A stretch of DNA of 64,000 nt from Bacteroidales bacterium (GTDB taxonomy: Bacteria > Bacteroidota > Bacteroidia > Bacteroidales > P3). Position 1 is the stretch's first letter, and each line of letters begins with the position of its first letter. Of this stretch, positions 1 to 8,851 are shown piece after piece. The DNA lies in contig JAZUDW010000107.1 of assembly GCA_045639845.1 (NCBI GenBank), positions 4,106-68,105 on the forward strand, given 5' to 3'. The position numbers and the translations under genes were made by a program. A model generated the notes under the pieces. It did no database searches and was not told where the DNA came from. It saw only the letters and a program-made list of their open reading frames with translations.

Positions 1-243
1 CAGCACTTAGCATAGGGTATCAGAGAATCTGTATTCGGTGGTGGCAGGTGGGGATTATCTCGGGATTGTTTTCTGTTGATGCGTTTACACATCCGCCTGC
101 CGGCTGATGCAGCTCCCGGTGGCAGTGAACCCGTGGAGTAGATACAATAAAAGGAAGGCTGATACGTTATAATAAGGTTGGCTGTAAGAGGCTTTACGAC
201 CAACATATCTGTAATTCTGTAACAGCGTTTATTAGTCCCTGAT

Positions 244-1515
244 ATGATCTCCTACCAGAAACACCAGCTACCCAACGGCCTTCAGGTATTGCTACACAAC
301 GACAGCAGCACACCTTTGGTATCGGTAAACCTGCTTTACAACGTGGGCTCGCGCGACGAGGATGCCTCGCGCACTGGCTTCGCCCATCTGTTTGAACACC
401 TCATGTTTGGCGGCACGCCCAACATTCCGGACTACGACATGGTGGTGAACGGCATGGGTGGCGAGAGCAACGCCTTTACCAACAACGACTACACGAACTA
501 CTACCTGACGGTGCCGGCTCAGTTTCTGGAACAGGCGCTGATGCTGGAAGCCGACCGTATGCGACAGCTCGACTTCTCGCAGCACAGCCTAGAGGTGCAG
601 CAGCAGGTGGTGACCGAGGAATACCACCAGCGCTATGAGAACCAGCCCTATGGCGACACGATGATGCTGTTGCGTCCGCTCTGCTACAAGGCCCACCCCT
701 ATAGATGGTGTACCATAGGCAGCACCATAAAGCATGTGCAGGAAGCTACGATAGACGATGTGAAGCATTTCTTCGACACTTTCTACCATCCGGCCAACTG
801 CATACTGGCGATAGGTGGCAATATCGACTACACTGAAGCGATGGCCTTGGTGGACAGACATTTTGGCGACATACCTGCGCACGACACCCGGCTATCTTAC
901 CCCGACAGGCCGATGGCTTTTGCCCGCCAATATCCAGAGGAGGCGGCCCAGACAGAGCAGCGCCGCCTGGAGGTGGTGCGCCACGTGCCCAACGATGCCA
1001 TATACATGGCCTTCCCGATGTGCGACCGAAGCCAGCACGACTTCTTTGTATATGACCTGCTGAGCGATGTGCTGTCGAACGGACGCTCGTCGCGTATGTA
1101 TCAGCACCTGGTAAACGAGCAGGCGATGTTCAGCGAGCTGAACGCCTTCATATCGGGCGAAGCTGGTCCGGGCCTTTTCATGGTGAGCGGCAAGCTGTGC
1201 GACGGCATCACCTTGCCCCAAGCCGAAGAGGCTATATGGAACGAGCTGCGACAACTATGCGACAACCTGGTGGAGGAGCGCGAGCTGCAAAAAGTGATCA
1301 ACAAGTTTGAGAATACTTTCGTGTATTCGCAATACAAGGTGATGGACCGTGCCATGAGCCTGTGCCACTACACCTGGCTGGGCAACACCGACTGGGTGAA
1401 CGAGGAGCCGTTGGCCTACAAAAATATCACGGCCCACGATCTGCAACGTGTGGCCCAGCATTGTTTCCGCGAAGAGAACAGCTGCATTCTTTATTATCAA
1501 GCCGAGAACGAGTAA
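244..1515 (+). CDS. M16 (pitrilysin/insulinase) family zinc peptidase
   Basis: 423-aa ORF with an ATG start. It has the N-terminal inverted zinc motif HxxEH (HLFEH) typical of M16 peptidases, and its length fits the family. Confidence 0.85.
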   Translation: MISYQKHQLPNGLQVLLHNDSSTPLVSVNLLYNVGSRDEDASRTGFAHLFEHLMFGGTPNIPDYDMVVNGMGGESNAFTNNDYTNYYLTVPAQFLEQALMLEADRMRQLDFSQHSLEVQQQVVTEEYHQRYENQPYGDTMMLLRPLCYKAHPYRWCTIGSTIKHVQEATIDDVKHFFDTFYHPANCILAIGGNIDYTEAMALVDRHFGDIPAHDTRLSYPDRPMAFARQYPEEAAQTEQRRLEVVRHVPNDAIYMAFPMCDRSQHDFFVYDLLSDVLSNGRSSRMYQHLVNEQAMFSELNAFISGEAGPGLFMVSGKLCDGITLPQAEEAIWNELRQLCDNLVEERELQKVINKFENTFVYSQYKVMDRAMSLCHYTWLGNTDWVNEEPLAYKNITAHDLQRVAQHCFREENSCILYYQAENE

Positions 1516-1520
1516 CGTTT

Positions 1521-1554
1521 AGTGGTGATAATAAAACAATTTGGGACACAATAG
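1521..1554 (+). repeat. Partial copy (one terminus) of the MITE-like element
   Basis: agtggtgataataaaacaatttgggacacaatag compares with agtgatgatgaaaaaaatgacttgggacataatgg at 60141. It lies directly after the stop of the M16 peptidase gene. Confidence 0.55.
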
Positions 1555-1582
1555 TCCCTTTGACAACATTATACCTGAAAAG

Positions 1583-2899
1583 ATGAGCGAAACAGATATA
1601 CCTACCACACCTGCAGAGAACGAGAACGGGCAGGACCTCCAAAAGAAAAACAAACGGAGTTTCTCTGATCGTATGGCCCAAATGGTGGCTATCGTGATTC
1701 ATTTCTTTATCACTATTCCCTACAAGAAGATAGCCCGAAATATCATCACCCGGCTAGGGTCGATGATGAACTGGCTCACCTTCAAGGTGGTGCTTCCCAA
1801 GAAACTGAGGTCGCTCACCAAACACGACATCTTCACCATCATCTTCAAGAGCGACACGCCTGCAGGCAAGAAATTCGACATCTGGATATTGATCATCATA
1901 GGTCTGAACATACTGGTGATGATGCTGGACAGCTACGAAGGGGTATCGGGCGGATTCAGCATTGCATTGCGCGTGATAGAATGGCTGTTTACTATTCTAT
2001 TCACTTTTGAATACTATCTGCGTATCTATTGCCTGAAGAAACCCCTACGGTATGTGTTCTCGTTTTTCGGCATCATCGACTTCCTCTCTATCTTCCCTGC
2101 CTACCTGAGCCTCTTCTTCCCCACGGCACGCGCTCTGTCGGTGCTGCGTATCCTGAGGGCCCTGCGTATTTTCCGCATCTTGAAGCTGGACCAGTTTCTG
2201 GAAGAGGGTACGCTGCTTATCAACGCCATACGCAAATCGATGAAACGTATCGTGATATTCATGATGCTGGTGTTCTTCCTGGCCATCATCCTGGGTGCTG
2301 TGGTATTCTCGCTGGAGAGCAAGGTGGAGGGCACGCCGTTCACCTCTATCCCCATGGGTATATACTGGGCGGTGGTGACCATCACCACTGTTGGTTATGG
2401 CGACATCACCCCGCAGACGCCTGGCGGACAGATCATCTCGGTGATAGTGATGCTGCTGGGTTACTCTATCATCGCTATTCCTTCGGGTATCGTGGTGGAA
2501 TCGACCATCGAGGCTAAACAGGAAGCCGACGAGGAGAAGAAAAACCGCCGTATGCTGGAGCCTGGTTCATCGCCCTCCCCTACGCCCGACGATGACGACG
2601 ACGATGACGATGAGGCTAACGAGGTGCTTTCCAACATCGATGTGCGAAGACCTTCGCCGAAGGCCTCGGCCGCTACCCTGCAAGAGAATGTCGATACCAA
2701 TCCTTCTATAAACGAAACACAAACCACCTTGATAGAGGATTCGATGGATATCAAAGAAGAACCGGAGCCTGATCCTTTGTTCTGCAAACATTGCGGCTAC
2801 GAGGAGAGCGACACAACAGCTACTTTCTGCAGCCGCTGCGGCACACGCCTCACCAAAAGCGAACAGATGTCGTGGGTAAGGAACTTCTTTAGATCATAA
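1583..2899 (+). CDS. Voltage-gated (6-TM) potassium channel with acidic linker and C-terminal zinc ribbon
   Basis: K+ selectivity filter TVGYGD. S4-like helix with Arg at every third position (RALSVLRILRALRIFRILKL). Poly-Asp run DDDDDDDDE. C-terminal CxxC-x11-CxxC (CKHCG...CSRCG). I moved the start from the TTG at 1541 to ATG 1583 because 1521-1554 is a copy of an intergenic repeat end. Confidence 0.8.
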   Translation: MSETDIPTTPAENENGQDLQKKNKRSFSDRMAQMVAIVIHFFITIPYKKIARNIITRLGSMMNWLTFKVVLPKKLRSLTKHDIFTIIFKSDTPAGKKFDIWILIIIGLNILVMMLDSYEGVSGGFSIALRVIEWLFTILFTFEYYLRIYCLKKPLRYVFSFFGIIDFLSIFPAYLSLFFPTARALSVLRILRALRIFRILKLDQFLEEGTLLINAIRKSMKRIVIFMMLVFFLAIILGAVVFSLESKVEGTPFTSIPMGIYWAVVTITTVGYGDITPQTPGGQIISVIVMLLGYSIIAIPSGIVVESTIEAKQEADEEKKNRRMLEPGSSPSPTPDDDDDDDDEANEVLSNIDVRRPSPKASAATLQENVDTNPSINETQTTLIEDSMDIKEEPEPDPLFCKHCGYEESDTTATFCSRCGTRLTKSEQMSWVRNFFRS

Positions 2900-2978
2900 A
2901 ACTGCTGGTGCGTATCCCACCATGCCACAGTGCAAAATGCCTAGCCTGGGAGGGGCATCATATCTAAGAAAATAATAC

Positions 2979-3039
2979 ATGATTATCCTCCTATAGGTGA
3001 TTGGTTGATTCTGCAAGACACTCTAGCAATTGTGAACAC
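2979..3039 (+). repeat. 60-bp intergenic module M1, copy A
   Basis: atgattatcctcctataggtgattggttgattctgcaagacactctagcaattgtgaacac. It lies between convergent genes. Confidence 0.65.
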
Positions 3040-3144
3040 TATTGAGTGAGATTATTAATGAAAAATTAATGGTGGGTTAATGGTAATTGTCTTTTCCTGA
3101 AATCGCTTTTCACTTTTCCGGTGTATCGGTTCAGTAAAGTATCA

Positions 3145-3510
3145 TCAAGATTGGAGCGAGGCCTGGACTTTCTTTGGCAAAGCGGATATGACGGTTTGAT
3201 AACCTTCGTTGATCAACAATCGGTAATCTGCATCGATAAAGTGTGTACCGAGAGGTACGCTGACCCAGTTCTTTTTGCCCCAATGGGGTGCAGGGATGAT
3301 ATCGGAATGACGTGATCGAAGCTCCTCGCTTCGCTCGGCGGTGGTCTTTAATGTGAAGCGATCGGTATTGTCGAGATCTATTACACAAAAGATCTTGTTT
3401 GCCACACGAAATACCAGGATGCTCTCACCACTGGGCATCTTGGCAAAGGGCATGTCTTCTGTAACATGAGGGAGGGAAAGGCAATAGTAACGGAGTTCTT
3501 CGATATTCAT
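3145..3510 (-). CDS. MmcQ/YjbR family DNA-binding protein
   Basis: 121 aa with an ATG start. It is collinear with E. coli YjbR as I recall it (N-terminal EELxxYC, central HWGKKNW, C-terminal LPKK). Confidence 0.7.
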   Translation of the reverse strand: MNIEELRYYCLSLPHVTEDMPFAKMPSGESILVFRVANKIFCVIDLDNTDRFTLKTTAERSEELRSRHSDIIPAPHWGKKNWVSVPLGTHFIDADYRLLINEGYQTVISALPKKVQASLQS

Positions 3511-3731
3511 AGTCGGTATAATCTAAAAATGATTAAGGCTGAAACATTGAATAATGATTTGTTCAGCCAACGGCACTATACAAAAAAAAACGCTATATTT
3601 TGCTCGGAAGAAATGCCATCATTGTAATGATGGCAGAGAGATGTTTTCGATAAGGATACGGATGTATGGATTGAGGTAGCAGAGAATATACTGGAGACGT
3701 TATTAATACATGGGAAAGAATGTTCGGTAAG

Positions 3732-3764
3732 AAAAAAACGGGAGTGCCAGGAATTAATACTCCC
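3732..3764 (-). terminator. Intrinsic terminator of the por operon
   Basis: On the minus strand, stem gggagt/actccc (13-nt loop) overlaps the last codons and the TAA of the second porN, and is followed by gTTTTTTT. Confidence 0.7.
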
Positions 3765-4629
3765 ACATGTCACTGCCTATCTCGAGCAGCATCTCCTCGA
3801 TTCTATTGGACTCCAGTATGGCATCTAGTCCAGTGAGATAAGATGAGATAGTACGATTGAAGACATTGGATTCACGGGTGATATAACTATCGAACATCCG
3901 GCTGACGAATATTTCGTCCCAAGTGGGTAAGTGTGCTATGTTGTCTGCATAGTAGGCTTCGTGTGTAACGAGGAGCTTGCGAACATTATACGAAGTCATG
4001 GGAATCCAGAACAGTTCAACTGTACCAATGAAATCTCGCTCCATACCTACCTCTTTGAAGAGGTCGCGTGCCAAACAGAAACCTAAAATACGCACATTCT
4101 GACGTGTGGTCTGCTTCTCAACAAACCAGGCTTCTTTCAATCGCACTTGAAGAATGTCTTCTGAGTTAAACTCTTTGGGGACCAATACAGTCTTGTACTC
4201 GTAGTTCTCATCGTCGTCTTCTATCTCCAAGATAAGCGTATCGGCCTTGGTATAACGAAACACAAACTCATCATTGTCGAGGGGTATCTTAAACTCATCG
4301 TCTTCATAGATAGGGATGTCGTTGTTGACCACTGCATCCCATATAGTATAGGCAAAGTTTCGACGGCCTTGCGATCCTTGCTTCTCAAGAGGATAATAGA
4401 AGAACTGATTGAACTTCATACGAAGATCTATAGTACGCCATATAGTGGTACCCCACACTACATCGATCTCGCGAAGATGGGGATAGGGCATCACTTCCTT
4501 CTGATGTACCAAAGCATGCTCATAAAAATGATTGAAGTTGCGCTCCGGCTCATCGACCGTCTGACTATATACTGCCAGACTATACAACAGAAACAGAATA
4601 AGCGATAATATGGATACGACTCGATTCAT
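3754..4629 (-). CDS. Second PorN/GldN-family T9SS periplasmic ring protein (GldO-like tandem paralog)
   Basis: 291 aa with a signal peptide. About half its residues are identical to the adjacent PorN, including FNHFY, LREIDVVW, IWRTID, FNQFFY, RESN.FNR.ISSYLTG.DAILES and the terminal DMWEY. It is the last gene before the operon terminator. Confidence 0.8.
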   Translation of the reverse strand: MNRVVSILSLILFLLYSLAVYSQTVDEPERNFNHFYEHALVHQKEVMPYPHLREIDVVWGTTIWRTIDLRMKFNQFFYYPLEKQGSQGRRNFAYTIWDAVVNNDIPIYEDDEFKIPLDNDEFVFRYTKADTLILEIEDDDENYEYKTVLVPKEFNSEDILQVRLKEAWFVEKQTTRQNVRILGFCLARDLFKEVGMERDFIGTVELFWIPMTSYNVRKLLVTHEAYYADNIAHLPTWDEIFVSRMFDSYITRESNVFNRTISSYLTGLDAILESNRIEEMLLEIGSDMWEY

Positions 4630-4730
4630 GCAAAAGAAAAAAGAGAGTTAAGCATTGAAAGAATACTTAACTCTCTATTGATGTCATACGACAACGTTAT
4701 ACGTTACATAAAAATGATGTACGAAACAGA

Positions 4731-5615
4731 TTAGTATTCCCACATATCCGATTCGATATCGGCAATCTTGTTCTCAATATTCTGAGATTCCAAGATAGCA
4801 TCGGTACCAGTGAGGTAAGAGGAGATACTTCGATTGAAGGTGTTGGACTCACGATATACAAAACTATCGAAGTAACGGCTGATGAAGATGTCATCGTAGG
4901 TACGCTGAACAGCAATATTGTGCTCATCGTAAGCGTTGGCCTTTACAAGGATGTTGCGTACACGCATATCATCCATGGGTACCCAGAACATCTCAACAGG
5001 TTCGCACATACGCTCACCATCACGTTCACGACAATAGTTGTAAACAAGGGTAAGACCAGTGATACGCACTTTCTGACGGGTATCCTGTTTGTCGATATAC
5101 CAGAACTCTTTCAAACGAGCTTGGAACACATCTTCAGGACGGAACTCTTCAGTAAGAATGGTATCGCGACCTTCCAACTCATCACCATACTCATCATATT
5201 CAGGAATATGATAAGCATAAGTACGATTGAGCTGCTGAGCCAAAGTCTCATAATCTTTAGGGATAATAAGATCATCATTTTCATACACCTCGATGTCGCC
5301 GTTTTGCAAGGCATTCATGATGCAATTGGTGAGGTTGATACGATCTTGGGTATTCTTGGTTTGATCCGTGGGAAAATAGAAGAACTGGTTGAACTTCTCG
5401 CGGAAATCAATAGTACGCCAAATGGAAGTTGACCACACCACATCAATCTCGCGAAGGAAAGCATAGGGCATAGCACGCTTTTCTTTAGTGAGCGTCTTTG
5501 CGTAGAAGTGGTTGAAGTTATGCTCATCCTCAGCATCGATGGCGCTTTGGGCACGGAGGCTGCAAAAACCAGCCATAAAGATGAACAATCCTAAACAAAA
5601 CAGTGCCTTTTTCAT
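4731..5615 (-). CDS. porN: T9SS protein PorN/GldN
   Basis: Lies immediately downstream of porM. Signal peptide MKKALFCLGLFIFMAGFCSLRA. GldN-family conserved blocks as listed for the paralog. I moved the start from the upstream TTG at 5642 to ATG 5615. Confidence 0.85.
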   Translation of the reverse strand: MKKALFCLGLFIFMAGFCSLRAQSAIDAEDEHNFNHFYAKTLTKEKRAMPYAFLREIDVVWSTSIWRTIDFREKFNQFFYFPTDQTKNTQDRINLTNCIMNALQNGDIEVYENDDLIIPKDYETLAQQLNRTYAYHIPEYDEYGDELEGRDTILTEEFRPEDVFQARLKEFWYIDKQDTRQKVRITGLTLVYNYCRERDGERMCEPVEMFWVPMDDMRVRNILVKANAYDEHNIAVQRTYDDIFISRYFDSFVYRESNTFNRSISSYLTGTDAILESQNIENKIADIESDMWEY

Positions 5616-5688
5616 ATTAGTGAATTTTAAAGTTTTCGTCAATCTAATTGTTGCTTACTTCAAATGAGATGTAACGTGATTAAAAAAT

Positions 5689-7356
5689 TTACTTCAAGCG
5701 GAAGGTTGCGTCAAGTGTATGGGTAGCACCATCGGGGGTCTTAACAGTTACATCGGTGATGTAAATTTTCTGACCACGACGTGCATTGTTGATACGGCTG
5801 ATCATCTCAGGAGTGAGACGGTTACCATTACCCGTGATATCGAGAGCACCAGAACCTTGAACGTTGAAGGTGAAGGAGGAAATCTTCAGAGCAGGAATCT
5901 GGAAGTCGAAATCTTCCATCACAGCACGAAGAGTACCAGTAGAGGTAAGCTCTGCCTTGGTAACATTGTCACCAGTCTTGAAGTTGCCGACTTTCAATAC
6001 AGGTTTAGGAATCTTCTTCACGCGGAGTTCTTTGGTTCCCATAGGACGCGAAGTCTTACCATCGGTCTTTGCAGAAACCTGAAGCTGAATCTTACCGATC
6101 TTCGAAGCACGAATGATGTAGTCACCATCCTTGCCAGCAGGATCTTTGGAGATGGTAGCACCACCAGCAATGGTAGGAGTAACGTCACGAGACGAAACAC
6201 CGGGAACACCGATGGAGACGGGATTATCAATACCGGCATATACTACATTCATCTTAGTAAGAGAAACAACGGCAACGGGCTCAGCAACGAAATATTCTGC
6301 TTGGAAAGGATATTCACGAGCTTCACTGTTGTCTTTCTTCACATAAATCTTACCATTGAGTTTCTTTGCACCAAGAGCAGTAGCGCCAGCACTATAGTGA
6401 ACAACACTATCACCACTGAGCTCCTGACCATTGACATTTACCTTCAAGCTGGCTTTCGAATCGTAAGCACCAACGAAGATGTCTGCTTCATACTTACCAC
6501 CCTGAATGATATAGGTAGATTTAGGAATAAGGAGAGCCTGTACGTGGTCGAACTTAAAGTCGTCGGCACTGATCTGAGCAAAGAGGCTGTTAACAGCATC
6601 GAACTCAGCATTCATCACTTCGGCTTTGAGACGAGAGAGAACCACGAGGTCGGACACAGCAATAGTACGGTTGAAGTTGAGATACTCCCAATCAACCATC
6701 TGACCAGCATGCTCACTGAACACTTTGTCTTCAACATTCAAACCAATTTGAATATTAGAAGAGTCTGCACCCAGAACACGCTTCAGCTCTTTCTTAAAGT
6801 TGATGATTTTCTCTTTGATTTGAACAGCTTTGCCATCGGGGATATCACCAGTACCGAAGAAATAGTTGGTACCATTATCAGTGTTATCCATTTTTTCGAT
6901 AATAGCAAGACCACCAATATTCAAAGCTTCTTTAATACTATCATAAATAGGAGCTCCCGATCCATCAACCAAGGAAATCTTACGGGTAACAGGCTTAGCA
7001 CCTTCCTCACCGTGGATCTCAACTGTAGCCACAGGCTGCATGATAGAAATAAACTCGTAACGAGCACTATCAATCGTACCTTTAAGATCATCAGCAAGTT
7101 TCTGAACCTGTTGAGCTTTATTCCACTGGTCCTGAACCTTCTCGGGATTATTTACATAAGCAGCCTGGAAACGGCTGTAGGAGTCGTCAAGTTTGGTAGC
7201 AATGTTCTGGTTTGACTTATTCATGGCGTCACCAACGGTAACGAAACCTTGCAAGATCTCGGCCGAAACGTTGAGCGCCAAGAGTGCTGTATAAACCAGG
7301 TACATCATACCGATCATTTTTTGTCGCGGAGTCTCCGGACAGTTAGTAGCACCCAT
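5689..7356 (-). CDS. porM: T9SS motor/periplasmic shaft protein PorM/GldM
   Basis: 555 aa. The N-terminus PRQKMIGMMYLVYTALLALNVS is the hallmark GldM transmembrane start. Its position between porL and porN fits. Confidence 0.9.
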   Translation of the reverse strand: MGATNCPETPRQKMIGMMYLVYTALLALNVSAEILQGFVTVGDAMNKSNQNIATKLDDSYSRFQAAYVNNPEKVQDQWNKAQQVQKLADDLKGTIDSARYEFISIMQPVATVEIHGEEGAKPVTRKISLVDGSGAPIYDSIKEALNIGGLAIIEKMDNTDNGTNYFFGTGDIPDGKAVQIKEKIINFKKELKRVLGADSSNIQIGLNVEDKVFSEHAGQMVDWEYLNFNRTIAVSDLVVLSRLKAEVMNAEFDAVNSLFAQISADDFKFDHVQALLIPKSTYIIQGGKYEADIFVGAYDSKASLKVNVNGQELSGDSVVHYSAGATALGAKKLNGKIYVKKDNSEAREYPFQAEYFVAEPVAVVSLTKMNVVYAGIDNPVSIGVPGVSSRDVTPTIAGGATISKDPAGKDGDYIIRASKIGKIQLQVSAKTDGKTSRPMGTKELRVKKIPKPVLKVGNFKTGDNVTKAELTSTGTLRAVMEDFDFQIPALKISSFTFNVQGSGALDITGNGNRLTPEMISRINNARRGQKIYITDVTVKTPDGATHTLDATFRLK

Positions 7357-7420
7357 ATTCTATCTCTTTTATTTCGTTCTTAAATCAGTGTATTTATTCT
7401 AAACGTTACTGTATGCAAAA

Positions 7421-8359
7421 TTAAACTCTGGTATGCATAGCAGCAAGCATGTTGCCATAAACATTGTTGAGCTCAGAAACCTTGCGGGTGAGTGCATCAA
7501 CCTGCTCTTTGTATTTCAACACGCCTTCGGCAGAATCAGCGAAGTTAACAACCATGTTCTGGATACGCTCCTGAACTTCTTTGGTAGCTTCAATCTGAGA
7601 GGTAGAATTCTGAATTTGGATCTCATACATTGCATTGATAGAAGAGAGGCTGGTAGCCATCTTCTTGAGCTCGTCGAGATAAGAAGCATCACCTTTCTGG
7701 AGAGTCTGAGCGGTCTCTTTATAAATATTAGAAAGAGTAGAAACAGCAGCGGTAGCCTCTTTAAGACTCTCACTGTATCCAGCAGAAAGATTGATATCGC
7801 CATTCATAGACTCAGTAGTACGCTTGTAAGCTTTGGAAAGCTCGTCGGCAGCCTGAGCAGCATTGTCCATACCCGAAACGAATTTGTCGGTAGCAGCAAC
7901 AGCAGTGGACATATTATTCAAAGAAGAAGCAGAATCGGCAAGGTTCTGCATACCTTTACCAAGACGCTCAATGAGTTCAGGACCGATATGAGCCTCGTCG
8001 AGCATCTTATCTAGTTGCTGACTAACAGGATCGCCAGCCACAACAGATACAGCACCCTGCTGTCCACGAGCGCCACCAGCAACGTGTGCGGGTTTATTTT
8101 CATCATCTTCGCCATGCATACCAGCCAACTCGGGGAAGATAAGACTCCAATCATACTCTACGTGGAGAGGCTCAAAAGCAGAGAGGAAGAAAATAATAGC
8201 CTCAATACCCATACCAATGATGAGCATGAGCACAGCACCAGGCCAGTGGTTAATTTTGAAAAGAGCACCAACGATAACAACAGAAGCACCCCATCCATAA
8301 AGTTTGGACATGAAATTCTTATAGCGCTTGCTTCGAACTAAATTGTCAATAAAACTCAT
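7421..8359 (-). CDS. porL: T9SS motor protein PorL/GldL
   Basis: 312 aa. Two N-terminal TM helices with YGWGASVVIVGALFKINHWPG (GldL signature), followed by a long coiled-coil-like cytoplasmic tail. Confidence 0.9.
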   Translation of the reverse strand: MSFIDNLVRSKRYKNFMSKLYGWGASVVIVGALFKINHWPGAVLMLIIGMGIEAIIFFLSAFEPLHVEYDWSLIFPELAGMHGEDDENKPAHVAGGARGQQGAVSVVAGDPVSQQLDKMLDEAHIGPELIERLGKGMQNLADSASSLNNMSTAVAATDKFVSGMDNAAQAADELSKAYKRTTESMNGDINLSAGYSESLKEATAAVSTLSNIYKETAQTLQKGDASYLDELKKMATSLSSINAMYEIQIQNSTSQIEATKEVQERIQNMVVNFADSAEGVLKYKEQVDALTRKVSELNNVYGNMLAAMHTRV

Positions 8360-8851
8360 AATGTTTTTTCTTTTTAAAGTTACTTACTTATTAATTATTT
8401 TTCAAATGTTTTTCTTTTCAGAAAGGTTTGCAATAATCGATAGGATAAAATCAAGACTGAAAAATACCATTATAGTTATTACAACCCAAGTGGCACCGAC
8501 GATATGATAATGGAGGAAACCGAATCAGCTACAACAAGAACCGCACACATGGCATAGATTGCATTCAAAAGAATACAAGACCTGCTGTTCTCAAGTATTT
8601 CGTCCATTACATTCATAATTCATACTTATGTGCCTACTAAATTTTTGTAGTTTTATAATGAGGAGACAAATATACTCCCTAATCATTATTTATTGACCGA
8701 TTCACTCTTTGTTTATGATGGCAGCCTTGGACTTTATATCCCAAGGCCACCACCATGATCACAATATTTCAAATTCTATCACTAATTATCGTACAAATAT
8801 TACTATCTCCTTGACTTTGCTAAAACTACAAACAAAGTCTATTCGTAAATA

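Noticed and set aside
1541-1582. TTG start at 1541 for the potassium channel (452-aa version)
   Set aside because: The first 14 codons lie inside a copy of the MITE-like element terminus that directly follows the upstream gene. The ATG at 1583 gives a sensible N-terminus.
5719-7215. 498-aa ORF on the + strand opposite porM
   Set aside because: It mirrors the real gene almost end to end. Its composition (rich in I, L, N, T, R, H, with many short low-complexity runs) looks like antisense translation. The minus-strand product has the unmistakable GldM N-terminus. Long antisense ORFs recur throughout this window and reflect codon bias, not genes.
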